Below are positions 1 to 8,989 of a stretch of 23,849 bases of DNA, piece by piece. The notes under the pieces were generated by a model. That model was given only the letters and a program-made list of their open reading frames with translations. It searched no databases and was not told the DNA's origin. The stretch is from assembly GCA_050178385.1 (NCBI GenBank), contig JBFXGD010000041.1:1-23849 (forward strand), in the 5' to 3' direction. Origin of the DNA: Calditrichaceae bacterium (GTDB taxonomy: Bacteria; Calditrichota; Calditrichia; Calditrichales; JBFXGD01). Within the stretch, counting starts at the first letter, position 1. Every line of letters starts with the position of its first letter. The position numbers were made by a program, and so were the translations under genes.

Positions 1-1488
1 ATCGACCGGTTTAGTCATCATCGCGTTTAACATCTCACCGTCTTCAGTCCTGAACTTAAAAAATTCAGGATAAGCGAGATCATACTCGTTTAATGCTTCA
101 ATAATATTCTCTTTAATCACCTTGATTTCTTTGCCGGTTATCTCAGAAATTAAATATTTTGTGGGGGTTTTAGTATTGGAATAAGAATCGATAAAATATT
201 TAAAATTTGAAGAGAAGGTTGCCCTGTGCCATCCGGGAACATGCGTGATCTTTTTTTGGTTACGGCCATTCAAATCAATACTAAAGTAGTGGTTTTCATT
301 CATGTTGTCTTTGTTGGCGTCAAAAAACACCAGATTTCCGTTTACACCACTGATGCCTTGTACTTCCCATGATCCCTTTGTCAGCTGACGTATAAGTTTA
401 CCATCCATTTTATAGAGATAAATATGCCTGTAGCCATCCCTTTCCGATGTCCAGGTAAACTCCCGGCCGTTTTCCAGAAATGTCAGATCATCGGTTACAT
501 CCACCCAGCAAGGATCTGTTTCGGTTAGAATCGTCTTTGATTTTCCCGTTTGGGCATCGGCAAACAGGAGCTCCAGCTTGTTTTGAAGACGGTTTAATCT
601 TTGAATGGATAGAAGATTCGGGTTCTTTGTCCATTTTATTCTGGGAATATAGATGTCCGGATCGTCACCTGTTTCCATCCAGGCCGTTTTACCAGAATTC
701 AGGTCGAAGACACCGATCTTAACCAGAGCGTTCGGGTCGCCCGGCTTCGGATACCGGATGGTTTCAAATGAACCGTTTACAGGATCGAAATCAATCCAGC
801 TGAACTCCGGCTCCTGTGATTGATCCAGTCTCCAGAAGGCAATCTTCTTTCCGTCCGGCGACCAGTCCCAGCCGTCAGAAATGGCAAATTCTTCCTCATA
901 AACCCAGTCAAATTGCCCGTTGATGATGTTATCGGATCCGTCAAAAGTCAACTGTGTGATCTTTTCTGAAGGCAAATCCATAACATATATATTATTTTCA
1001 AAAACGTATCCAATCTTGGATTCATCCGGTGAGAATTTAGCATTTGATAATGACTTCCCATCCCTTGAAATGTTCTTCTGTGTTTTTGAATCTAAATCAT
1101 AGACAACATAGCTGGCCAGAATTGAATGTCGCCAGACATGTTCGACATCACTTGTCAGCAGAATTTTGGAGCCGCTGCCGGACCATTTATAAGACGACCA
1201 GCGCAGATGTTTTTGATCATCAGGGGAAACAAGCATTGTGCTGTCAATGAGAACGGTTTCTTTTTGGCTTTTAAGATCAAATTTGTACAACACCGGCTGA
1301 CGATCCGCGCCCTCATACTTTATAAATGAATAGGCGTTTTCCCCGGGTGCCCAGTTTAATCCGGCCGGAGCTTGGCCGGAAAATTTCCGGGAGCTATAAA
1401 TATCTTCCACGGTAAGTTGTTTGCCGGCCGCGAAGAGATTTACCGTGAAAAAACAAATCAGAAGAGTTATAATATATAATTGTCGCAT
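1..1488 (-). CDS. Dipeptidyl peptidase IV / S9B family peptidase, N-terminal beta-propeller region (runs off the window edge; absent from the ORF track)
   Basis: Manual translation from ATG at 1488 (AGGAG RBS upstream) gives signal peptide MRQLYIITLLICFFTVNLFA, then QLTVEDIY, NGQFDWVYEEEF, WSPDGKKIAF and YPKPGDPN, which are hallmark DPP-IV motifs. The catalytic domain lies beyond position 1. Confidence 0.92.
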   Translation of the reverse strand, partial: MRQLYIITLLICFFTVNLFAAGKQLTVEDIYSSRKFSGQAPAGLNWAPGENAYSFIKYEGADRQPVLYKFDLKSQKETVLIDSTMLVSPDDQKHLRWSSYKWSGSGSKILLTSDVEHVWRHSILASYVVYDLDSKTQKNISRDGKSLSNAKFSPDESKIGYVFENNIYVMDLPSEKITQLTFDGSDNIINGQFDWVYEEEFAISDGWDWSPDGKKIAFWRLDQSQEPEFSWIDFDPVNGSFETIRYPKPGDPNALVKIGVFDLNSGKTAWMETGDDPDIYIPRIKWTKNPNLLSIQRLNRLQNKLELLFADAQTGKSKTILTETDPCWVDVTDDLTFLENGREFTWTSERDGYRHIYLYKMDGKLIRQLTKGSWEVQGISGVNGNLVFFDANKDNMNENHYFSIDLNGRNQKKITHVPGWHRATFSSNFKYFIDSYSNTKTPTKYLISEITGKEIKVIKENIIEALNEYDLAYPEFFKFRTEDGEMLNAMMTKPVD

Positions 1489-1526
1489 GAACTTACTCCT
1501 GTTATCTTTTAAAGATCGGTACATTA

Positions 1527-2459
1527 CTAAACAGATGAATGCTGCTTTTTAAAATATTCATACATTCCTTTTATGCTGTTAAAAGCAAAATATTTTTCTC
1601 TTTCCCGGATATCTTCCGGTAGAGACGGATATGCCGCTATGGAAGGATCCGATATAAGTAATTCATTAAATACAGTTTCGTAAAAGTTTTTGGATTTTCT
1701 TTGAAAATGTCTTTCCACAATTTTTATCCACAGAAACATTTGAAATCGCGCGCGTTCAAATACGGATTCCGGATTATCGCTGATTCCGTAATGGCCGAAG
1801 CAGACGTATTTTGCCGGTATTGATGCGGCTTTATCCAGAGATGTTTGATAAATGTCATATTTAAAAACCGGCGGAGTGGCAATTCTGAGATACTCCGGAT
1901 CTCCGGCGGGAACATTTACACCGGCAGCTTCTCCCGCGAAAAGTATATCACCGATACGGTAACACATATGATGGGAGGCGTGCCCGGGTGTTTCATATAC
2001 ATCGACTGATACTCCCCGGTCATTAATTTGTGGCAGAAATGAAATTTTATCTGTATTAACGGGGGCTATTTCTCCGTAAACTTCCGCTAATTTCCCCAGA
2101 ATTTTTAATGAGCCTTCCCACAGATCAGAAGGATTAATCATGTGAGGAATGCCTCTCGGATGACAAATTACTTTAGCGGTTGGATATTCATTTAGAAGAA
2201 GACCGGTGCATCCCGCGTGATCTATATGGATATGGGTGAGTAATATATAATCAATTCTTTTTACATCCAGCGATTCCAAAGCCTTTTTGAGAACAGGGAA
2301 TGATGAACGGGGGCCGGGATCCACAACGATGGTTATATCATTCTCTCTGTAAAGCCAACAGTTTATGAATTTGTGATATCCTCTAAGAGATTGATCAAGA
2401 TCAATCTGGTGAAGATTTTTCAGTGGATTTTGTATCCCTTTCAGGTCGATGCTCCTCAA
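1527..2459 (-). CDS. MBL-fold metallo-hydrolase
   Basis: Motifs VDPG, THIHIDHAG (HxHxDH), TPGHASHH and FGHYG. The TTG start is uncertain. Confidence 0.9.
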   Translation of the reverse strand: MRSIDLKGIQNPLKNLHQIDLDQSLRGYHKFINCWLYRENDITIVVDPGPRSSFPVLKKALESLDVKRIDYILLTHIHIDHAGCTGLLLNEYPTAKVICHPRGIPHMINPSDLWEGSLKILGKLAEVYGEIAPVNTDKISFLPQINDRGVSVDVYETPGHASHHMCYRIGDILFAGEAAGVNVPAGDPEYLRIATPPVFKYDIYQTSLDKAASIPAKYVCFGHYGISDNPESVFERARFQMFLWIKIVERHFQRKSKNFYETVFNELLISDPSIAAYPSLPEDIREREKYFAFNSIKGMYEYFKKQHSSV

Positions 2460-2696
2460 ATAAATGTTAATAAAATCTTAGACAACGACGTCTGAAATAT
2501 TAATATTTCTAACGGCAAAATTCCTTTTCGAGATGCACAAATTTAAAGATGGTGAAGAACTCAAGCAAAAAATGATATATATTTTATAAAAATTTATCAA
2601 AAAAATCGTTTGTAACAACGGTAAAGAATAATTTTACTTGACTGATGTCCAATTTCTTTGTATTTAACCCTCCGTAAAAAAAGGATTGGATTGGGT

Positions 2697-3317
2697 ATGG
2701 CAGTAGTTGTTCAAAAAGTTTACCTGGAAAATCCGCAGCCCAGGTTAATTAAGCAGGCCGTAGAAGTGTTAAAGGATGGGGGAGTATTAGTTTATCCGAC
2801 GGACACTATTTACGGCCTTGGCGCGGATTTGTTTAATAAACAAGCCATGGAACGAATATTCCGAATTAAGAAATCTTCAAATCACAAACTTTTAAGTTTC
2901 ATCTGTCCGGATTTGAAAGATATATCCGAGTGGGCCCAGGTTCCTGATTATGCGTATAAAATTATGCGCCGTGTGACTCCCGGGTCCTATACGTTCATTT
3001 TGAGAGCATCAAGACAGGTCCCGAAAATACTTTTGCAAAAAAGAAAAACGGTGGGAATCCGGATTCCTGATTCACCGGTTGCCATTGCTCTCGCGACAGA
3101 ACTTGGCAGGCCCATTTTAAGCACAAGTGTGCCGCTGGGTGATGATGGATATTACACGGACCCGGATGAAATCGCGCGACGCTATGAAAATGAAATTGAT
3201 TTGATACTTGACGCCGGGATAAGTTTTAATCAACCTTCCACCATCGTCGATTTTACCTCTGATGAGCCGCAGATTTTACGCGAAGGCGCGGGTAATATTG
3301 AAGCGTTGGCATATTAA
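2697..3317 (+). CDS. Sua5/YciO/YrdC family protein (YciO-like, single domain)
   Basis: YPTDTIYGLG, PGSYTFIL, VGIRIP, PSTIVD and ILREGAG motifs. ATG at 2697 is preferred over TTG at 2658. Confidence 0.9.
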   Translation: MAVVVQKVYLENPQPRLIKQAVEVLKDGGVLVYPTDTIYGLGADLFNKQAMERIFRIKKSSNHKLLSFICPDLKDISEWAQVPDYAYKIMRRVTPGSYTFILRASRQVPKILLQKRKTVGIRIPDSPVAIALATELGRPILSTSVPLGDDGYYTDPDEIARRYENEIDLILDAGISFNQPSTIVDFTSDEPQILREGAGNIEALAY

Positions 3318-3583
3318 AATAATAACCGCGGATAATTGACAAACCAAATGTGGAATTGTCTGTTCCCATTAAAATAATTAGGCATCTTTGTAACCGCAAT
3401 CTTTATCAGGTGTCTTTTCAGGATCGTAAGCACTTCCAATACGGGAATTTCTGCATCTCAAAATATTTAATTGCTGTTTAATCATTGATACGAAATGAAT
3501 AGAAATAATCCCTTTGCTATAGATTTATTGATCATAGATTTTTAACTTTTCGGACTTTTATAAAAGAGGATAATTCGGTTTTA

Positions 3584-4942
3584 ATGGGTGAGATGAAGAA
3601 ACAAAGCTATTCGTTGTTAAATCAGAACCTGCATAAATCAATTTATGAATTAGCATTTCCGGGGATGATTTCTTCGGTTCTGCAGACATTATATCAGCTT
3701 ATAGACGCATATTGGGTTGGAAAGCTGGGCGCCTCAGCGCTGGCGGCGATCGGGGGAAGTTCATTCATCATGTGGGCGATATTTTCACTTTCAGCATTGA
3801 GCGTGAACGGAATAACGACGCTTGTGGCGCAAAGTGTCGGAGCCGGTGAAGAAGAAAATGGAAGATATGCGGCCGGTCAGGGGATGTTGATTAACACCGT
3901 CAGCGCGGTGCTGATTGTCATTGTTGTGTTCTTAACGCAAAATATGCTGTTCAGAGTGATGGGATTTGATGAAGTGGTATTTAATGACGCGCGAACCTAT
4001 CTAAGCATTGTATTGTCAGGACTGCTTTTTTCTTTTTGGTTTGTCGGCATGGAAGGGGTTTTCAGAGGCATTGGTGACACAAAAACGCCAATGATCATTC
4101 TGGCAATCGCGCTTTTATTAAATGCGGTTCTTGATCCCATATTTATCTTTGGTTGGTTCGGTTTTCCCGAAATGGGTATAGCGGGCGCCGCTTTTGCCAC
4201 CATATTGTCTGAAATAGTCGCTGCCGGTCTTTGTATCCAGATTCTGCGCAGGAAAAAATTTCTTCCGGATTTCCGTAGGCGGATCGACAAAAAAATCATC
4301 CGGAGAATTCTCAGTATTGGCAGTCCCATTGCATTTGGCGGGTTTTTCTTCAGCCTTATCTATGTCGCGCTGACAGGTATTATTGCCCGGTTTGGAACAG
4401 AGGCGATCGCGGCAATCGGTGTATGTCACAGAATAGAAGGGATCGCGTGGTTTGCATGTGTCGGATACTCTGCCGCCGCTTCAGCCCTAGTGGGGCAGAA
4501 TGTCGGCGCGCGCGCAATCGCTTCGGCTCAAAAGGCGGCCTGGTGGGTTAATATTTACGGAGTGATTACTCTTTTCCTGGTTTCCATGGTCTTTTATTTC
4601 TGGCCGGAATGGTTAATGCGTGTCTTTACTACAGATGTGAGCGTGCAAAAAATCGGCGTAGAATATTTGCGTATTATCGCGATTTTTGAAATTTTCCTGG
4701 GGCTTGAAGTCATTATGGAGGGAGCCTTCAGCGGAGCGGGTTATACGCTGCCTGTAATGCTGGTTTCGGTTCCTGTCACTCTGAGCCGTATTCCGCTCGC
4801 CTGGTTCTTTGCCGTCAATCTGGATTGGGGAACAAAAGGAATATGGTGGGCGATAGCCCTGACAACACTCTTAAAAGGAATGCTCAATACAGTTCTGTTT
4901 GCAATGGGAATATGGAAAAAGAAAATTGGTGAAATGCAATAA
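3584..4942 (+). CDS. MATE family efflux transporter
   Basis: About 12 hydrophobic segments, with LAFP, ID..WVGKLG..ALAA, RGIGDTKTPM, NAVLDPIFIFG..GIAGAA.AT and VGQNVGA motifs. Confidence 0.93.
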   Translation: MGEMKKQSYSLLNQNLHKSIYELAFPGMISSVLQTLYQLIDAYWVGKLGASALAAIGGSSFIMWAIFSLSALSVNGITTLVAQSVGAGEEENGRYAAGQGMLINTVSAVLIVIVVFLTQNMLFRVMGFDEVVFNDARTYLSIVLSGLLFSFWFVGMEGVFRGIGDTKTPMIILAIALLLNAVLDPIFIFGWFGFPEMGIAGAAFATILSEIVAAGLCIQILRRKKFLPDFRRRIDKKIIRRILSIGSPIAFGGFFFSLIYVALTGIIARFGTEAIAAIGVCHRIEGIAWFACVGYSAAASALVGQNVGARAIASAQKAAWWVNIYGVITLFLVSMVFYFWPEWLMRVFTTDVSVQKIGVEYLRIIAIFEIFLGLEVIMEGAFSGAGYTLPVMLVSVPVTLSRIPLAWFFAVNLDWGTKGIWWAIALTTLLKGMLNTVLFAMGIWKKKIGEMQ

Positions 4943-4975
4943 AAAAAGGCCGCCCATTTATATGGACAGCCTTTT
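4941..4975 (-). terminator. Intrinsic terminator of the minus-strand beta-barrel gene (possibly bidirectional)
   Basis: Minus strand reads aaaaggctgtccat-ataa-atgggcggcctttt(ttt), a continuous stem with two G-U pairs ending in a U-run, between convergent genes. Confidence 0.75.
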
Positions 4976-4995
4976 ATAATATAGTATCAAAAAAA

Positions 4996-5532
4996 TTATT
5001 TAGCGCCAAACATTACGGCGAGTCCAATCATCAGATGGCTATAGTCAGAAACGATTCCGTATTTTGCTTCAGCCATTGCGTCCATGCCGCCTATCGGAAA
5101 TTTGTAACCGCCCAACAGTGAAAAGCCTACGCGATTTTCTGACTCATCATAAGTTTCAGTTTGACCCGTGAATGGATTTGTATAATCTAACTCAATTGTA
5201 AGGATGTTAAATGTAAGCCCGCCGCCGACATAGAGACCGGCAACGCTTGGAAGATTATAATGCACATCCGCGCCAATCTGAATATCGCTGAATGTTAAAT
5301 CATCATAATCAGTTCCGGGCATATGATAGAAAGCTAACGGATAAATAGCGATTCCCGGAGCGATTTCACCCAAATTAACTTTTGCGCCAAATGCAAAGCC
5401 TGTGGTGAGACCATCTTCACCGGGTACAAGCAGCGCTACCTGAGGAGCAACACCGTGAAAACCGATACCCTGCGCGAAGCCAAATGAACCCAGTGCGAAA
5501 ATAACAAGTACAACTACCAGTAACTTTTTCAT
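4996..5532 (-). CDS. Small outer-membrane beta-barrel protein (OmpA/OmpW-like fold)
   Basis: Signal peptide ending GFA, AGGAGAGG RBS, and amphipathic Gly/aromatic beta-strands (GADVHYN, LYVGGGLTF, GFSLLGGYKF, IGLAVMF). Confidence 0.75.
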   Translation of the reverse strand: MKKLLVVVLVIFALGSFGFAQGIGFHGVAPQVALLVPGEDGLTTGFAFGAKVNLGEIAPGIAIYPLAFYHMPGTDYDDLTFSDIQIGADVHYNLPSVAGLYVGGGLTFNILTIELDYTNPFTGQTETYDESENRVGFSLLGGYKFPIGGMDAMAEAKYGIVSDYSHLMIGLAVMFGAK

Positions 5533-5765
5533 GAACCTCTCCTTAAATTGAATGAACGATTAAAAAACGAGAATCTAATTAGACCATTTGTGTTTTTACA
5601 TATAAATATTGAATAATGCTATAATTATATTTTTAGATTTTATCAATAAATAATGATAATGGCTGTGATTTATGGCACAAAATTCAAGTGTGAAAGGATA
5701 AATTGTTTTGATACTATTAAAACGCAGCATCAAGTAACAACATGAACAGAATTAGGTGTTTTCGT

Positions 5766-7238
5766 TCATTGCTTCGAACCTGAGAACAACTTTCCGGTAA
5801 TAAATCCGATGATAGAAAAAACGAAGCCCCACAAAATATAGCTAAGTCCTGTACCTGATAAAAATGACGGTTCAAAAGAAGCCATTTTCCCCCGCGATTC
5901 AAGGAAATAAAATATTAGTGTGGATAAAAAACCAAAAAAGATTGATAAATGTACCTGTCTTTTTTGGGTGGATTTAAAAAAGCTGCTGATGACCGGAATA
6001 AAAACGGTGGTTGTCAATATACCGGAAGAAAGATAAAAAATATCCCACAGACTCTCGGTAAATATGGCGTAGATATAGGATATGAATACCGCGCCGACCG
6101 ATGAGATCCGGGCGAATTTGTTTAAGCGGGCGGGGCTCCATTTGTTTTTTACGTGCGGTTCGACCAGGTCAAAAGAAAATGAAAGGGCGACCACGTTACC
6201 GCAGGTGTCAATGGTGGACATGGCGGCGGCTATAAGACCGATAGACAGAAACACATTTAGCCAGACAGGAGCGTAATTCTGCATCAGTACGGTTAGAATA
6301 ACCGTGCCGTCCTGAAGTTGTTCCGGGATGATTCCGTCAACAGGCGGAAAGAGTATTAATGCCGACAAGCCTATAATCAGAGGCATAATTCCGACGAAAA
6401 CAAAGGAATTGACACCTGCAATCAAAATGCCTCTTCTCGCCGCCCCGTTTGATCTTGAAGCCTGCAATCTGATCCATACATCAGTTTCAATCAGCCAGCC
6501 CGGAAGATAGGCAAAAAAAGTCACCGCGATAAGCGCGATTCCCGGAGCGAATAAATTAGAGCTGTGATTTAATTTGGGCGGCGGCGGTATATTCCAGATG
6601 GATGCGCCCGGAGGTAACGCGTTCCAGCCGATGGCAGCCAGGGTGCTTATGAATACCGCGACCAGCAAAAATTGGATTTTATCGGTGGAAACAACCGCTT
6701 CGAATCCGCCGGAATAGGTATAAATCGCGACCACAATGGTGATAATCAGCAGCGCCTGATTGAGAGATATACCGAGAAAAGGCGCGATAATATTTCCAGC
6801 GGCGTAAATCTCCGCGCCTGTCCAGGTTATAAATACGACAATCAGCGCCGGAGCCAGAAGCTGTCGCGCTTTAGAGCCAAATCGTGATTCGAGAAGTTCA
6901 GGCTGCGAAAAAGTCTTAAATTTCCGGAAGCGGGATGCAAAAATAAAAAATCCGGTCATCGTTATAAGCCAGGGAATAATAAGAAGCCACGCGCCGCCCG
7001 GTCCGTACCAGTAAAAAAGCTGAACACCATACACACATGACCAGCTTATGGACATCATGCTGGCGGAAATTGAGAGTCCGCTGGAAAAGCCGGATAGATT
7101 GCCGCTTGCCGACCAGTAGGCTGAGTTATCGTTGTGCCTGCCCGATGATTTTTCTTTGTTCCAGATATAGAATCCGATCCAGATGACTGTAATGCTGTAT
7201 GCCAGAAAGCCGATCCAGAAATAGATGTAATTGTTCAT
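5766..7238 (-). CDS. Sodium:solute symporter (SSS/SLC5) family transporter, substrate unknown
   Basis: About 13 TM segments, with SISASMMS, PELLESRFG, YTYSGGFEAVVSTDKIQ and AAAMSTID motifs. Confidence 0.9.
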   Translation of the reverse strand: MNNYIYFWIGFLAYSITVIWIGFYIWNKEKSSGRHNDNSAYWSASGNLSGFSSGLSISASMMSISWSCVYGVQLFYWYGPGGAWLLIIPWLITMTGFFIFASRFRKFKTFSQPELLESRFGSKARQLLAPALIVVFITWTGAEIYAAGNIIAPFLGISLNQALLIITIVVAIYTYSGGFEAVVSTDKIQFLLVAVFISTLAAIGWNALPPGASIWNIPPPPKLNHSSNLFAPGIALIAVTFFAYLPGWLIETDVWIRLQASRSNGAARRGILIAGVNSFVFVGIMPLIIGLSALILFPPVDGIIPEQLQDGTVILTVLMQNYAPVWLNVFLSIGLIAAAMSTIDTCGNVVALSFSFDLVEPHVKNKWSPARLNKFARISSVGAVFISYIYAIFTESLWDIFYLSSGILTTTVFIPVISSFFKSTQKRQVHLSIFFGFLSTLIFYFLESRGKMASFEPSFLSGTGLSYILWGFVFSIIGFITGKLFSGSKQ

Positions 7239-7348
7239 TGCTTTTTACCGGTTTTATTCAAATTTTAACCGCAAAGTTAAAAATATTAAGTGGAATTTAA
7301 AACATAAACTTTAAAAAGTAAGAAGAAGGATGGATAAACGATATTATT

Positions 7349-8101
7349 CTAGGATGCAAAACCAAGAATGATGCCCTGAGCAAACAAATCGTTAAAAAAT
7401 GGAAGTCCATTTTGAAGCAATACATGTTCGTCATGAATATTAAAAAACTTTCCCGCTTCGGTTAACGCTTCTTTTCCTGAAAAATGATTGTTAATTAGTT
7501 TTTCGAACACAACGGCGAAAAACGGAGAAAATTCGAAAAATCTTGCTGACAGATTTTTCTGTTCCCGGTAACAGAGGATAAAGTAATCACCGGCATTCGC
7601 GGAAAGTTCATCAGATGAAAATTTATGCACAGGATATGTCAATCGGATCAGCCGGAACTCCGGATTGATCACGAGCGGACTTTCAAGCAAATCACCATCA
7701 GATTGAAATGGGGGAATAATCAGGTCTTCCATCGTGTGCACTTCAATCTCGATCCATTCAAAATACAGCAAATCAGTCAGATAAGGGCGCTGAAGTTTTT
7801 CCGAATAATTATTTTCAGAACAAAACATGTAGAATTCATAAGGCATCTTCCAGACCTGCGGAGACTGTGGGTCATGATTGATAAAAAAGTCATTTACCAT
7901 CTGATTCCAGTCATCCTCAGGTAATATCTGACGGGTTACCGGATAAGCGGTTTCAAGAGTACCGTTTATGACGTTAAAAACAAGTCTCCGGTAGTGGTGC
8001 AGACGATCCGCTTTAGCTCCTTTGATAGGACGGGGTACACCGCTGCGGCAGTAGTCCGCGAGTTCGCTCTGTATTTGGCGGGTTTCTTCACGCAACAACA
8101 T
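7349..8101 (-). CDS. DUF2063-containing MNIO partner protein (HvfC/BufC-like)
   Basis: RL..YRRLVFN...TLETAYPV, DFF..H..QSP, DL.YFEWIEIEV and YPVH motifs. Overlaps the DUF692 gene by 14 nt. Confidence 0.88.
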   Translation of the reverse strand: MLLREETRQIQSELADYCRSGVPRPIKGAKADRLHHYRRLVFNVINGTLETAYPVTRQILPEDDWNQMVNDFFINHDPQSPQVWKMPYEFYMFCSENNYSEKLQRPYLTDLLYFEWIEIEVHTMEDLIIPPFQSDGDLLESPLVINPEFRLIRLTYPVHKFSSDELSANAGDYFILCYREQKNLSARFFEFSPFFAVVFEKLINNHFSGKEALTEAGKFFNIHDEHVLLQNGLPFFNDLFAQGIILGFAS

Positions 8102-8921
8102 TTTGGGTTTCCCATTTTAATTCCATAAGCGACTGCAGACGGCCTAACTCATCCTGTAGCTCGTCAAATTCGGGGATATTGAAATCACGCTCCAGGAGCA
8201 CAGGAACCGGTTTGACCCTTTCGATTGTCCACTCAAATAAATCAAACACCGGATCAATAATGGGCTGGCCATGTGTATCGATTATCAGGTCCGGACTGAC
8301 CTGTTCGTGACCCGCCATGTGGATATAAACAACTTTATCAAGAGGTATTTTGCTTATAAAGTCTTTGGCGTCGTATTGATGATTAAAGGCGTTTACATAA
8401 ACATTGTTTACATCGAGAAGCAGGTTGCAGCCTGATTCCTTAACGATGGAATTGATAAAAGTAATCTCGTCCATTTCTGCCGCCACAGGCGTATAGTAAG
8501 ATACATTTTCTATTGCTATGGGCCGTTCAAGGAAATCCTGGATTTGCCTGATACGGTCAACGATATGGCGCACGGCATCTTCACGAAAGGGAATTGGCAA
8601 CAGGTCGTATAAATGAGCATTGTTGCATTTACTGTAACTCAAATGCTCTGAATATATCTGCACGGGAAATTCATTAAAAAATTTTTTGAGATCTTTCAGG
8701 AACTCCCAGTCCAGCGGTTCAGGGCTTCCGATAGAAAGTGAGAGCCCGTGATTGATAATCGGATATTTTTCGACTACGGCTTTTAATTTTTTACCCCAGT
8801 AACCGCCCATTCCCATCCAGTTTTCGGGCGCGAATTCCACAAACTGCGGTTTATTCTTCTCCGCGCCAATCAGATCATCGGCAAGGTGTCTCCTGAATCC
8901 CAAACCGGCTCCCTTGATCAT
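8088..8921 (-). CDS. DUF692 family multinuclear non-heme iron-dependent oxidative enzyme (MNIO; HvfB/BufB-like)
   Basis: GLGFRR, EFAPENW, HGLSLSIG, SEHL, DLLPIP, IENVSYY, LLDVNNVY, IHMAGH, IDTHG and LLERD motifs. ATG at 8921 has a GAGG RBS and is preferred over GTG at 8933. Confidence 0.96.
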   Translation of the reverse strand: MIKGAGLGFRRHLADDLIGAEKNKPQFVEFAPENWMGMGGYWGKKLKAVVEKYPIINHGLSLSIGSPEPLDWEFLKDLKKFFNEFPVQIYSEHLSYSKCNNAHLYDLLPIPFREDAVRHIVDRIRQIQDFLERPIAIENVSYYTPVAAEMDEITFINSIVKESGCNLLLDVNNVYVNAFNHQYDAKDFISKIPLDKVVYIHMAGHEQVSPDLIIDTHGQPIIDPVFDLFEWTIERVKPVPVLLERDFNIPEFDELQDELGRLQSLMELKWETQNVVA

Positions 8922-8937
8922 TATAAACCTCACTCAT

Positions 8938-8980
8938 TTAAAAAATAAAAATCGGGCAGGCGCAAAGAAATGCCTGCCCG
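8938..8980 (-). terminator. Intrinsic terminator/attenuator between the RiPP precursor and MNIO genes
   Basis: Perfect 9-bp stem cgggcaggc (8953-8961)/gcctgcccg (8972-8980), followed on the minus strand by ATTTTTATTTTTT. Confidence 0.8.
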
Positions 8981-8989
8981 GGATAATGC

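Noticed and set aside
480..1329. Short plus-strand ORFs (480-722, 920-1102, 1044-1250, 1126-1329)
   Set aside because: They are antisense to the DPP-IV gene, which the ORF track missed because it runs off the window.
1724..1732. Perfect DnaA box TTATCCACA (another in reverse orientation near 5919-5927)
   Set aside because: Both are isolated copies inside coding sequences, with no cluster or oriC context.
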